A DNA stretch of 62,900 nt, filler included, from Collodictyon triciliatum (Eukaryota), in NCBI GenBank assembly GCA_043381765.1. It is 6 parts of 6 records of this genome, joined end to end, with 100 filler letters (N's around TTAATTAATTAA, not from the genome) between each part and the next. Parts side by side here need not be neighbours in the genome. Positions count along the whole stretch, not along the records: positions 22,630 to 31,890 come from JBHJMP010002458.1; positions 31,991 to 43,191 come from JBHJMP010002459.1; 4 more parts are not named here. One strand, written 5' to 3'. The notes under the pieces were generated by a model, which saw nothing but the letters and a program-made list of their open reading frames with translations, was not told where the DNA came from and made no database searches. Below, piece after piece: positions 26,401-40,553 of this stretch (the first letter of the stretch is position 1; every line of letters begins with the position of its first letter). Both the position numbers and the translations under genes were made by a program.

Positions 26401-27162
26401 ATATCCCATCAATCCATATAGACTTCTTGGCTGCATTCGATTCAATCGAGATAACAAAGTGGTGCCACTGCATCCTCTCTAAGACTTTTGACCCGCTGTG
26501 GTCGCCACCAAACGAGCAAAAAAATCTGTAATCCTATTATCATTTTTTTTTGTGCACTCTTTAGTTAATCACCTTTTCCCTTTCTTTTTTAAAATAAAAA
26601 ATTGATCAATCCTTCCAAAAGAAAAACTACTAAACCTTGTCAACAAATATTCCCAACACAAATATGCCCGTGTCCGAGTTGTTGATAGAGAATAAACAGC
26701 TTTCATCCTCCAAAATATCGAAGATTCTTACCCACCCTTGAATGCTAAATGAGCTTTCAAAAACATCCTGCAAAGAGAATCGTCCAAAGGAATTGAAAAA
26801 TGTCTCGCTGGTTGTAGGTCCAATGAGGTATGAACCAGGGTGGATTGGTTGAATCTTGGCTTTTCTGAAATCAATCTGACGGCCTATCTCGAAGAAAATG
26901 CAATTGGTCTCGTGCCCCGGTTTTTTCCCTCAAAATGTCAGCATTTTCAAACGTTGAGGTGTTGATAATGTGCACACTTACCACAATCCAGGGGCAAGTC
27001 TCCTTCCTCTCCATCAATTTTGAGACCAAGACGTGAAATCTTGAGGCTGTAATCTCTATCAGATGACACATACAATCTCGTAGCTTCTCCAGCAAATATT
27101 GATTGGGGCCAAGCATATGCGTGAAGTCCGCGGAGTGATATTGGCCCGCTTCTTGGCTTCAT
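23412..27162 (-). CDS. N,N-dimethylformamidase large (beta) subunit family protein with a LamG-like domain and C-terminal PTS1 (SRL)
   Basis: More than 10 exons give GLHAYAWPQSIFAGE, WHHFVISI...IWIDG (LamG-like), SDDIVDCGWEPSHTISIPPNAKPGFYAAK, SSNTWHAYN, HSFYRFH, SHLVRAERYFSSWLE...YDVMDDSDLD, NGHNEYWSKGMYDGL...GGNLLCLSGN, ANGHEMD, GGCVVNFGSV...LVRNILHHFG...KKLPKSRL*. Confidence 0.88.
24791..24866 (-). mobile_element. 46-nt intronic insertion with a 15-bp direct repeat (second short retro-insertion type)
   Basis: AGTTCGTTAATTCTT occurs at 24791-24805 and 24852-24866, flanking a segment whose minus strand ends in an A-rich tail. Confidence 0.6.
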
Positions 27163-27749
27163 CCGATAGTTTATCCTATCCACGTCAGCAAAATAGAGTG
27201 AAATGAAAATCAATAATTGTAGAGTTTTGGAGGCTCTGATCTGGAGGTTTCATGTCCTGGCTTTTAAATATAAGTTTAACATTTATCGAAGGGCGAATTA
27301 GGTTAACGGCCTAACTTCATGCTCACCAATTTGATTGTCCATGGCTTCATTTTATAGAAAGCAGTGAGATTCGTTTACACAGCACAAAGGCACCACATAA
27401 TGTATGGTATCTAATCATATTATCATTTATCAACAACATATTTCGTCGTAGATAGTCTTTTCGATAATAGTTTTCATCATTACTCAACTATAAATCCCTC
27501 ACCACTTTTAAAAAAGATAATACTGTCCCTTGAAAAATTGAATTTTTTTTGAGAAAAGTGATTTTTAAGGTGTGGTATGTACTTTACATTGGCGTTTTGG
27601 TTTAAGTTCTTTTGAACATATATATACCTATAAATGGCGATTGATTCATGATTTTGTCATCCATACGTTCGCTTTCTAGGTTATATACTGGAAAACATAC
27701 TAATCCATGTAATAAATCTATTAAATAAATCCTTTCGATTCATCCATGA

Positions 27750-30700
27750 GTTATATGTATGCTCACTACGCAAAACCCACAAACATAGATATAAGTACAC
27801 GATTTCAGGTATCTTTTTTTACTAAATAAGTTCTTCAAAGAGGTTAAATTAAATCTGAAATAAACTTAACATAGGTATGAGAGTATATACGACATCACTA
27901 AATGTGTCTTTCAAAAAATCCTTTTGGTTCCTGAAAGAAAATACTGTTGCTCGACGTGCGCTCTTGTTTTGTTTTGTTTTGATTTTTTATTTAGAGGACC
28001 CAACATAGTATGGTTATCATGTGCCTGAAACCAATCCAGAGCGTGCATTATATTGCCCAGTCAATGAAGAGGATTTCAGCATATAGGAGTTCATATCATT
28101 TCGATTTTAAATTCTTTCATAATTCAAAAACTCATGTTGAAAATGATTAAAGAGAGAAAATCAAGATGGGTTGAAAGAGGATATGACAAGTGTGTCAGAA
28201 ATCAAACCATACAAGACACCCATAAGCTTATCAAGGTGATTGTTGACGATTCAATGGGAGCGATGGACAAAAATTTTCTCGACCAAGAGTTTATCATTCA
28301 AAGCATGATTTATATATTCGTGATTTTAATCATTTAAGATATTTGTTTTGGCTCTCTAATAATAATATCAGTAACCTTGCAGCATAATAATACGGAATAC
28401 ATGGCACATGAGTCATGTATACGACATTGACTGATTGTATTGGAAGGAAGAGACAACATTATGGCTATTTTGAGGGAAAAAGCGATGCTACATCTCGATA
28501 TTGATAACTTTGATACTGCTGTTGTTGGTGTAGAGTCTGGTTCTGGGAAATCGGTGATGATGAGCGGACTGGTTCGTGACCTAAACCAGGGCAAAAATTC
28601 GAATCTATTAGTCATCTACCACTTTGTGAGCTGCACAAACCTGAGTTACTATGTGACGAGTAAGTATAACAAAATAATCTAGGCATAATCTAAATTTTGG
28701 TATACATTAATAATCTTTTGAATAGTTTGATGGAGCATGTTGCTCATATTCTTGTTGAAAAACGAAGCAATTGATCTGAAGCTTGACCCGAATAAGGTTG
28801 ATACATCAATAAGATATTTCCTCATATCTCTTGAATCAGATAAAGGGAAAAAGAAAATTTCTCACATATATCACTTTTGATGTATTTTTCGTTACATAAT
28901 TAGAAGCATTTAATTTAGTTTTGTTTATTGTCACAAGTGAGGAAGCATTGAAGAAGAGACTAGACTACATACCCGATTTTGCATCAAGAAACGACTTTAT
29001 TTTGATTTTTATGATTTTTAATCCGATATAATATCTGAAGAACCTGTCAATACAGAAAAAAGCAGGTTGTCAAGGTCATCAATGTATTCAATCAGTTGGT
29101 CGATTCAGAGCAACATAAAATCACCAACATATCCTTGAATAGTTATCCAAAACGACACCAAAGAACACCTTCATCATTACATCAACCATCGACACCGACG
29201 ATTCACGCGATTTTTGTTTATTTTGATTTTTAATAAATTTGAATAATTCCAATATCTTAATATATTTATTCATAATTTAGATGAACCAGAGGCCACTCCT
29301 GTATCGAATATTGACAATGTTGTAATTAGAAAAGCATATATCTCTTTCTTCGAGCGTTACAACAAAATCCTGAACGAGAAAAATATTGATATGGTGCTGA
29401 GTGGCAACGATAATACTGGCGAGTGTAACTAAACATCTGATTTAATCACATTTTATTTTTAAATACATAGAATTCAACCATGGATTCGATAATAGGTCAT
29501 TCACTTTACATGTGCATTGTGCTAAATGAGTGTCGTGTGTTTGAAGTGTATGAAAGAGTAGGCACTCAACTTTTTGAGATGTTGGAGACAGAAAGATCTG
29601 TCAATTTGTTAGACCATGTGATGACTTGTTGGGAAGATAAATTCGGTTTTTTTGGCACATTTAAAGTGGTTTTTTAAATTTGAACGATTGAGTTTTATAG
29701 GTGATTTTAGAAAAGAATATGGTTTGTCCGTCCATAAGTGTTCTTTATGTGTCGTGCATCGGCCTTGATGAAAAAGAGTTTGATAGATTAATGGAACATC
29801 GACTTACCAAGTTTTTAGTCAAATCAACCATGCCATCTGGTATATAGATTCATGTCATACAATAGCGTGTGTAAATGGTTATAAAGTGGATGTGTTTTAT
29901 TTTAAGAAAGTCATTTCTTTTTTCTTGTTGAACTCGCCCTTTTTGATGAATGAGAGATAATAAAGGTATCCAAAAATTTAATAGTCGTCATTTTTAATCT
30001 CAATGTCTCATCTAAGGTACATGTTCTCACCAGCTGTTGACTCGATTAATAAAAAAAAAAAAGCAAAAATTTAAGGATTTATAATTCATAACAAGTGAAG
30101 CGTGTGAATATGGATTGTGGCTGCTGAGTGAATATGGCTCTGACACTGAAGACAAGGATATTGTTGCCAAAACATGTCACAATCTGAATATTTCAAGAGA
30201 ATATGATAGATTGGTGGATTTTATGAAGAATAAAAAGTTGTATAATATTTTAGAAGTACAATTATGGATTTGTTTCAATATAGTTCTTAGGTAGTTTGAG
30301 CATGCTGGGTGGCAACTATCTTTGAGTTTTATGAATGCTGAAGAGCGTTTAATAAGAGCGTATATGACCACAAAGCCGTATATTGAGTTGGACCAGGTGA
30401 TAAAATCAATCGAATATTTGAATAACGAATTCATTTTATTGGGCATGTGTAACAGCAACTGAATCCTGCTGGCTTCGCGCTGGTTTAATACTTTCTCCGA
30501 ATTCAAGAAAATACCTTTTTGATTCCGATTCTTGAGCACCGCATCTCTGTTGAGACGGATGAGAGTTTGGTCTCTTGACTTGAGTTTCTGTGAGGCTATT
30601 GCTGATTTTAATTCATCCTTATTGGAAAAGAAAAGCAAAAATATGGATTTCTTGGAAGTTTTAAACTATCGGCTTGGAAATTATATTTTATTAATATTAA

Positions 30701-30960
30701 TATATATTTTATTTTCATAATTAACTTTTTGTTTAATAGACATTAAAAATAATAGCTGGAATAATGTCACAAATCATTTGAAATTAAACTCAAAGTGTAT
30801 GGAGAAATGCATCCTGATGTCCCGATTTCGTACTTAAATATTGGTAATCAACTCATAAATGGAAAGAAATACAAAGAAGCTCTGTACATGTGCCAAAAAT
30901 CTAACACGATTTTCAATGTTATTAATGTTTCAAAAAATCTCCATGTCAAGCTTTCATAAA
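27750..30960 (+). pseudogene. Decayed NACHT/P-loop NTPase-TPR gene (NPHP3/TTC41-like)
   Basis: Walker A VGVESGSGKS followed by VIYHFVSC; LYMCIVLNECRVF; TPR-like YGEMHPDVPISYLNIG. There is an in-frame TGA (HESCIRH*LIVLEGR) near 28430 and a frameshift near 28760. Intron-like borders are retained. Confidence 0.65.
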
Positions 30961-32057
30961 AGCACATGAGTAATGCTCAGAATAATTACATAAGATACTC
31001 AATAAGTGATTCGTCTGTTCTCAAATTCTACTTATCAACATTATTCTCATATCCGCTCTCATAAACACCCACTTCCAAACGAAAAAGTACAAGCGATTAG
31101 CATCATAATAGCTTCCCGAATGAATGAATACAGATGATTGCTACCCTTTTTTGAATATAGTGGATGAAGAGAATAAAAAATCACAAATAAACTGAAACTT
31201 ACCAGCAAATACCTATAAAGGTTTCATTTTTCCAGTTTTTTGAGGATGATTACATATACACAAGTCACAAGCTTAACAATTATGATGTGTTGATTATCCA
31301 TAGACTACTGGGACTCTATGCTTTATTGGATTTCCCATTTTATTTTTCATTTTCATTTTTTTCACCGTGGTTACAAGTTGAAATATCAGCTTCAATAACA
31401 CAATGCCGTTTATTTTCCTTTTTGCATAATGGTGGGCTGTAACACTACATGCACTCGTTTTGTACGCCTTTATTATGTCTTATAATTTATCATAAATTGA
31501 CAGGCAGTCTGTTCACATCCTTGAATGATTTCATGAAAACTTGTTGAATCTGCAGTTGTTATCGCTGTTGTTCTTGGGTGAAGTTTTTGGTGTTTTTTGC
31601 ATCGTTTGTGTCGTTTTTATAGTCACAGTTCGGTTCGGTTCGCTTTATTCTTTAGGCAATAACCCATTCACTAAAATTTTAAGTCTTGATATATAATTCT
31701 CTTTTCTTCTTTTCTTCTCCTTTTCTTCTCCTTTTCTTCTCCTTTTCTTCTCTATTTTTCTATTTCATTCTCATTGTTTTTATTGTTTTTATTGTTTTTA
31801 TTGTTTTTATTGTTTTTATTGTTTTTATTGTTTTTATTGTTTTTATTGTTTTTATTGTTTTTATTGTTTTTATTGTTTTTATTGTTTTTANNNNNNNNNN
31901 NNNNNNNNNNNNNNNNNNNNNNNNNNNNNNNNNNTTAATTAATTAANNNNNNNNNNNNNNNNNNNNNNNNNNNNNNNNNNNNNNNNNNNNGAATATGTAT
32001 GTGCACTATCTGCCGGGTCAATATTATCTCTATCTATCTTTTTTTTTTTTTGACAAC

Positions 32058-32838
32058 CTTCTCGACGTGATAGAGGACCAGAGGGAGCCCTAGAGGAAAG
32101 GAAATAGATAATTGGGTGAATATTGTCGGGCTGTTTAGAATCATATGTAGCCATCATCATTTTCTTTTTTCCACCAAGAAGGGCTAATATTTAAGACTAC
32201 AAGGGGAAAGAAAAAAAGAAGACCGATTGCCGCAACAAAGAGGGATGCGGTCAAGAAGAAAGCAGCATTCATGTACCTAGGACAGGAGATTCTTGTCAGT
32301 TAAAGGATAACATACGAGTGCCTGTTACGAAAACGTGGCGGTCTGTTTTGCGACCGAAAGTAAATGTGCCCTTCAACGGCAAGCGAAAAGAACCCACTTT
32401 TTGGAGTTTCCAAAGGGGTCATTTGAACCGGCAGAAAGGAGAATCAGTGGCAAGCTGATCATGATGTAGATTGCATCTGTCGGAGTAGTGAAGCTTTCAG
32501 AACTCTGCAGCAACAGCAACAAACAAACAAACAAAAAAAGACAGAGAGAGAGGGAGAGAGAGAAAAGAAAGAGGAAGACAGCAAACAGCGCAACAGGCGA
32601 TTCACTTTCATCAAGGAAATACCAACTTACAGAGAATCATGAGGTAGTAGTTGTTGTACAGAACGCAGGCCAGAATCTGAAGAAGCAGGCCGATGGTGGT
32701 GCCGAGGGCCAGGATGCCAGTGTCTAGGGTTGGAGCAAGAGCAGCACAGCAAAGGGCAACCAAGAGGAAGTGAGTTTGGTGAAGACGGGTGTTTGTTGCT
32801 GTGTTTTGTGCCAGAGGCTTACCCGAAAGTCCGCTCAT
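32058..32838 (-). CDS. VPS55: Vacuolar protein sorting 55 / LEPROT family (3' end lost at the scaffold end)
   Basis: MSGLS / TGILALGTTIGLLLQILACVLYNNYYLMIL / AIYIMISLPLILL...NDPFGNSK / YMNAAFFLTASLFVAAI / GLPLVLYHVEK matches the four-TM Vps55 pattern. Confidence 0.85.
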
Positions 32839-33248
32839 TGTAGTCGGGCCGGGCGGGTCGTGGGATCTGCAGTGCGGCGCAGATTTAGAAAAACATAACG
32901 ACCCCTCGCTCCGCCTGTCAGGGCGCTTCTTTGCTTTGCCTTCGGCCTCCGATCGAAAAACAGACTCCCACCGCCGGCTGCGTCTTTGATAAGGCACGGA
33001 AACCGGCTTCGAGCAGATTCCCAGATTGTGTCCGCATGTGGAATATACAATGTGATCCACACAATTTGTTCTAAACCCCGGATTTAGTCTAAATATGCAT
33101 CGAATAAATTCACGTAAATATATCTGTGCACAGTATGCTCACCGCAACAGCCTACTTGCTAAGCCGGTAGCTCGAACTCCGCGCAGCACTCTGATTGTCG
33201 CCTGCGCCGCCTGCCCAACTGACGCGCCGCTCTCGCAGGTGACCCAGA

Positions 33249-36200
33249 ATGCCGCACAACCACAGCCGCGGACGCCGCCTTCCTCCCGCGCTTCTGATCA
33301 GCCTGCTCGTGTGTGCCGTGCTTTCGGCCGCCGCAGCCACGCCGCACAGCCGCCCGGGTGTGGTTCGCGTCCGCACGGCCGCCGAGGAGCCCGCAACAGC
33401 GATCGCCTGGACTCATGCTGCCGCCCCGGTGCGCCGTTCAGGTTGTGTGTGGGCCGCCCTCTCTGCCTTCTCGCCTTCTCGCCTTCTCTGCCTTCTGTGC
33501 CTTCTCGTGTTCTGTGTCTTCCCTGTCTTATCTGCCCTTTGACACTTCACCTTCTGCCCTCTCGCCACAGATGCCATGGCCGAGCTTGAGTGTGACTCGG
33601 GAAGCATCGCCACTACGTGCATTGTGACGCAGCCCAAGGAGCTTCACCAGGACCTTATTCTGCAGCAGAAGGACTCTGTGCTGCACCTCAAGAGTGGCGG
33701 TGCAATCACGTGCCTCGCTGAAAACTGTAGACTCGACCTTACGCTCGCAAATGTTGTCCTGGAGGCAGGTTGGTTTCCACTCCCTTCTCTAGCTCCCATG
33801 AAATGTCGATGATTTCTCTGCTACGCATTATCCAGCGGGTCCTGACCCATTCAACTTTTTCGTTAATTCTGCTTTTGCCGACTTACCTCCAAGCTTTATT
33901 TACTATCCTGATTTTTGCACGGGGCTAAAGAAAAAAGAAAAAAGATAAAATATGCCACTCACCGTCGGCACATCTTCGCCTCGATAGGCTCTCTGATCAA
34001 GGCAAACGGAGTTATCATCAATGCTGGCGTAATAAATATCCACTGGAATGCGTCCATCACCACCGATGGAACCACCATCAGAAGTGCAGATGCCGATCCA
34101 TCTTCCGGAGCGAGTCATGCTGGGTATACATTTAACTAAAATTCCACTATTTTTTTTTATTCTTCACGACTTTAACTCATCCAATGAAAGATTCATCTCA
34201 CTATAGTTGTCATCTCTTTTATATCTATAAAAAAACAAAGCAAATCAAAAACGATAAACGATAAACGGAAAAAAATATGAGCCAACGCATATTTCTAAAA
34301 GGTCTTTTATTTCATGTTAATTGCCTTGAAGGGGGTTTGATGTGAAACGACAAGGCGTCTGAAATATCCCCAAATAAACTCTATTACAATAGATACGGGT
34401 CCAATTGTCTTCAAAATGCCGTAGGAATTCCACCGTATGGGTCTGCTCTGTCTATCTGTGATGAAAATGAACGCGTAAAGGCTCATTTGTTTGTATTGCG
34501 CCTCTCCTTGTATTTTACGCGACATTATGGCACCAACTAAAATTGTCTAAAATCAAAGATGATACCAATCGATTGCACTTATGATATACGTTAATGTCTG
34601 CATACAAAATGAAAGCAGCACCGTTAACATGTCGCGTTCAAACATTATAATGAAATACTTTTAAATATCCCCGCTCAAAGATTACTTGCAATATGGTTGT
34701 TAAAAAAAAAAAAACGTCGATAGGCCATTTTTGAAGAAATTAAAGAAATCGGTTGTTCAATCCTCTATAACAGGGTCTTTCGACGGTCCTTGATAAAACC
34801 ATCATCGGTGGGGGTGGATACATATCACTGATTGCATCTTCAGAGCTCATTCTAGACGGTACCGTGAGTTCCAATGGAGACTCAGCACCGGTGGATTCTA
34901 CGGCCGGTGGTGCTTCTGGGGGATGTGTTCGAATTCAAACAAACGTCTGTCCAGCCCCCAAAATTAAAGTTAAAAAATGAAACCCTTACATTCCATAGAT
35001 ACCATCCAACCACAAAAGACTCCTTTATTCTATTTTTCTTCTTATCAATCTCTACTCACACTATGAATGCATAAAGTACTTGTCTGGAAACGGAAAAGTT
35101 GGCGCGATGGGTGGCAATGGTGGAAACAGCCAGACTCTACCAGAGGGCGGAGGTGGAGGGAGCGGCGGACGTATTCTAGTGAGGCCCTACTAATTCAATT
35201 ATTAACTGTCTTGCAATTCAGTTATACTCGTACAGCAAGTAAACCGGACTACATGATAATAGATATCACGTCCAGCAGTCGATGGAGTCATCTCCTTCGA
35301 TGCATCTGGAGGAAATTCCTTTTGCAGCAATGCAGCCACAGGTGCAGCCGGGACATTTTTTGTGCTTAGTTCAAAAACCTTGGAAGTAAGTCTTTTTTCC
35401 CGCAGAATTTCCTTATCCTGAAAAAGCATATTGTGTCCACTAGATTGCTAATTATTTTATAAATGAGATGATATTACATACGCTTTTCTCTGTCAAAATT
35501 GACATTTAAAACAAAAATAGGTTGACAATAAAGACAAATCATCACCTTCTGTAACATTGTACACCGAGTCCAGTGCCACAATAAATTCTCTTGTCATCAA
35601 GAGAAATGCATGTCTCGGGACTATCGATCGCCAATACATCATGAGTGCAGCAAAATCAATAATAATAACAGATTATTCTGAGGTATCACAATTTTTCCTT
35701 TATTCCAAAAAAGAGACCCCCTTATACCAATCAGGCTTCATCATCTGACACGTCAATTGAAAATGTGATGTTACGTAAGTTTCTAGGAATTCAACACATA
35801 CCAAACATATAATTAACTTATAGATCGTCGGTGATACTCGAGTTCATTTGATATCCGAGTCGGTGACTATCAGAAAGTCTAGTTCAGTATGTCTTGATTT
35901 CTAGTTCACTGACCTCTTTCTCCTCAGTTTACTTTCTATCGTAATGCTGATGACATAAAGTAACCAAGATTAACTTTAGCATAACGTAATCTAACTTTGT
36001 TCATGTAAATCATAAGCATGAGTCAATAGAAAATATAATAAACTTGATAATATTTTTCATTCGAAATTTACTATGTCGTTGAAAATTCAAGATTAGCAGT
36101 AGCAGCATTTTTATAAGTTCAAAGAATTTTACCTTGGATCGTTCCTCATCGATAGAACAGAAAGAAGTGTACCTCTATGTCTCTGAAAGTGTTGATATAG

Positions 36201-38530
36201 GAGGGTACTTAAGAACCGATAATGAATTTACCATCGTGCAGTTACGGGTGTGTTTGATTATCATCATCACCCAACGTTTTCATATACAGATATTTACGTG
36301 TCTAACCTTGGTATATATTTTTTTTTGTCTACAATCCTTTTGAACTCCAATTCAACGGGGGGAAAGATGAAGCTGAGTATATACATGTTGGTCATAATTT
36401 TTTTGATTATTTTGTTATGATTATACATAATTGCCCTTCTTTTTTCATCTTTTCACCAAAAGGATTCGGCATCTATTTATCGCTTGGTTGTCAATATCAC
36501 ATCAAGTGCACTGCTGTCATCTGCTTACATGGACATAAATTGTACGATTCTTTGGGTAGACGGGCGCCTGTCAAACCTGGGAACTTACTGCCCAGACACA
36601 TGCCAGCCAGACTTGAAGCCGTTGGTTTGTTTTGGTAGATTATTATACCGAGTCATGCCTTTCTGGTCATGTCTCCCAAACTCCATAATTTTTTTATTTC
36701 AGGCAGTCTATTATATCGTTTGTTGATAATATTTCATTCATGTCTATTAATTTTTTCTCTAATCACAATGCACTTTTTTCTTAATTTTTGCAAACACAAG
36801 GAGTATGGTATGAATTTCAAAAGTGACAAATATATTCACGTGGGTAAGAAAGGAAGCATAATCAGCGGCTACTTATCAATCGAAACAGCCGAGATTGTAA
36901 GATTTTGGCCATGAGACCATATCAAATGAAGCGGACCTTTTAAGATAAAAAATCATCCAAATTATATACGTTTCCATCGACTCTGTAAGATTCAATTGAG
37001 TTACTCTTTTATGGTATTTCGTTTTACCGGAATAATATTACTTCCCCTTAGATAAACGCTGGGTATATATCAGGAAGTGGAACGGGTTGTACTAGTGACA
37101 AGGTTACATGCTAAACTTTTTTCTTTTACAAAGAATTATACCTATTTTTATTAACAGTATATTCACATTTTGTTTTATACGATCAGTTAGTAAAATTTGC
37201 GCAATAGTAAATGAAGCATATTGTGCAATATATTTACCTTGATACGACTCAGGGACCAGGGAAAGGAATAGGAGAATTTCTGGCCCCAGGTGGTGGTGGA
37301 GCACATGGAGGAAACGGTGGTAATGGTACGAATGCAGGTTTGAAACACACTATCTTATGACCAACCTCGATACATAGTCACGTTTTTCTTTCTCTCTTTT
37401 TATCAACACTTTTCCTTTATATATAATTTCCCATTTGTCTCTATTTTTCTTTGTTAGAGTTTGTGAATGTTGGTGGGCTTGCATACGATTTTTCAGAAGA
37501 GCCCATCTGCCCAGGTTTAGATTATAAACATAATTCCCTCTCGACGCCACAAAATCAGCATCGCAATTTATGAAGCTTTTTCAATCCGACTTGTGCTTTA
37601 TTCTTCAAAGCAATAGTTCCGGAATCTCCTGAATAGTTGATCCGTTTAATCACAGGAAGTGGTGGTGGAAGTTCATCTCGATATTCGGGGGGTTCTGGAG
37701 GAGGCGTACTTATCATCAAAGCTTATCGTCGCATTCAGAATGACAAGTATGCGCAGTTCGTACCAAAGCCATCATGCATGAATGCACTCCGTAATTTCGT
37801 GATCTTTTGTAAAGGATGTTATTGATACGTGAGAAGTTGTAATGTCGCTTTCTCTTTCAAGCTTCATGATATCTGACGGACGACCAGGAGCTACAGGTGA
37901 TTATCCTGGAGGAGGTGGGGCTGGTGGCTCAATCCAACTACATACTCCTCTTATTCAAGTAACTGTTAAATTCACCCGCATATCCTATACAATATTTTGG
38001 AAGAGTTCATAAAAAGCATTTGGTATTTCATTTCGAAATAAATAATTAGGAGGCTTTTTCAGGTTTTCCTGACGACCCTGATATGTCGCTATAAAAAACT
38101 TTATCATTGTTTTAATAAGAGTCAAATGTACATGAAAAGGGAAATGGCAGTATCGTAGCATCAGGAGGTGCAGGGACAATCGGCAGTGGAACTCTAGGAA
38201 GCGGAGGAGGCGGCGGCGGCAGAATTGCTTTGTTTTTAGTGTCAAAAGATTCAGATTCGAATTTAGCAAAGTCGACCGTGAGTAAACTCTATATCTTGTT
38301 TTTATTTCGGCACCAAATGCGTCTTTACCATAATTTTATGTTCATAATATACTTATATGATGCAATATCCTTTCTTTTATGTAGCTCTCTTTCAACTTTT
38401 CGCCATCGAAAATCCAAGTGAATGGCGGCAGTGGAGCGATGAAAGGAGAGACTGGCACGATTATATCAACACCTTGCCACGCTGGTTATTCTGGAGTTTT
38501 TTGCTTGCCATGTCCAGCAGGGTTTGTGGA

Positions 38531-38568
<38 letters not shown>

Positions 38569-40494
38569 AAAATAATAGAGAATTCGATAGAAGTTCCGAT
38601 AAATATCACAGTCTTATTTTTATCTACTGAGCTTAGCATGTTTTTTTTTTATACAAGGTATTACAAGTCAACAAACGGCAGTGAACCATGTATTATGTGC
38701 ACAAACGCACCCACGCGCTCAATTTATACGGGGACGGGTGAAACTTCACAAGCTTGTTCTTATCGATGTCTCTCGGGCCGCAGATATCCCACATGCTGTA
38801 AAACCTTCACTTATTCTTTATATTTTTGACATTTAATATTGAAACAATATTTTCGACCATTTTCTTCGTTTTTCTGTTTTTGATTTACTTTATGATTGTT
38901 TCTTTGTTTTTTTGTGTTGTTTGTGTTGGATCGTACTAAATATATATATGCTGCATCTGGTCATTGTGTATATATTTTTTAATTTAGGACTAACATTACA
39001 ATTTTAAAGCCACGCATTTTGACGACTTTGTGGATGACGTGGGTGGAGAAATTGTCATATTTGGCGTCCTATGGTGCTTGCTATCCATCACAGCTGCGTT
39101 TTTTGCCCACAAGGTAGTCACTCGAACAAAATTACAATTCTATATCCAACAACCTCTGACTAAAGTTCCTCTTTGCATGATAGCATCGAAAAATTTTCAA
39201 AAAACCCGAAAATGTCCACGCTCGCTGGGAAGCATGGTTTCGCAGTGCTTCTGATGACGGAAGAGGTCTTTCGGACAGTTATTTCCTGTCGAACCAAGGT
39301 GTCAAAGAGGGTAATCCCAGGGATATAAATGCCTGCTCTTCTCTATTTCAGTATAATTGCTGATCTTTTTGAAGAAGACTAATTTAGGAACGAATAATTG
39401 GCATTATTTAGAGACTTATGTTTTCTTGAATATCTATTTACCTACATGAAGTAAAATTCGACTCTAGAGTTGGAATTTTCCTTACCGTTCATTATAACTT
39501 TAATAAATTAGAGCCTTATCATTCACATCTTTCTTATGGTAATCTACTTACTTTGCATCTTCACCATCATTCTTAATTCTTTTCACAAATACTCGCATAG
39601 ACCTTGATTCTGGATTTATCAGCTATCGAAAATATGATGAATCCCTTGCTGAAGACAAATCGATTGGGCCTAAAGACTTGAAGCATCATTTAACTCGCTT
39701 GTATTTCTTGGGAAACAATTCATATAACTATCCATGGAGACTGCAAATGATACCAGAACACCACGAGTTAAAGGTGAATTTAAGCTTGGTCTTCTGATTT
39801 ATATTTGACAGTCCTACACCAACTTCTACCATTTCAAAAAAATTTTAAAAAATTCTGTGATGAGTTGAGGTACCCCTTTTACATCCAATTTAATCAACTG
39901 TCTATTTAATTTGACACCTTCCTAACCATAAATTATTACACTAGGAAAGCAGAGCCGTGATGGATAAGGAATATCAAATATTCACACACCTTTGTAATGA
40001 AAGGGCCTCGTGGAAAACATGGGAGGGGCTGTCATATTTCTTCTTATTACCCTTTTACCCCGTCGCTTACATCTTTCAACACTGGAGGTTTGTATCTTAT
40101 GGTTAATACTTGTACTATTATACATTTATGTGAATTATATTTACGTTATCCGTTTCAACCAATTGTATTTGTAAATAAGACATACTCGATTTTTTTTTTT
40201 GCTCAATCTAATTATGGAATCAGAAATATGTCCGAAATGATATTACAATGATATTTTGTGCATATTTATTTCACACTCTTTGCAGGAGGCAAAAACACTC
40301 GCAGGAACTGGAGCATTTTATTAGAAATTTTTATAACGACAGTTTTTTAAAGTCAAGCCACTCAAAAGCACATTTAAACCCCTTGAAATTAGGAACTTCT
40401 CCTGACCTTTCTATGGCAGTAATTTTTCTTTCTAATAACGAGAAGCTATGTCTAAATGTTGCTATTTTCGGGCTTCGAAATCACTCTTGCAAAG

Positions 40495-40553
<59 letters not shown>

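Noticed and set aside
28425-28435. In-frame TGA as selenocysteine or stop-codon reassignment
   Set aside because: The same gene has frameshifts, and intact genes in the window end in TGA, TAA and TAG normally.
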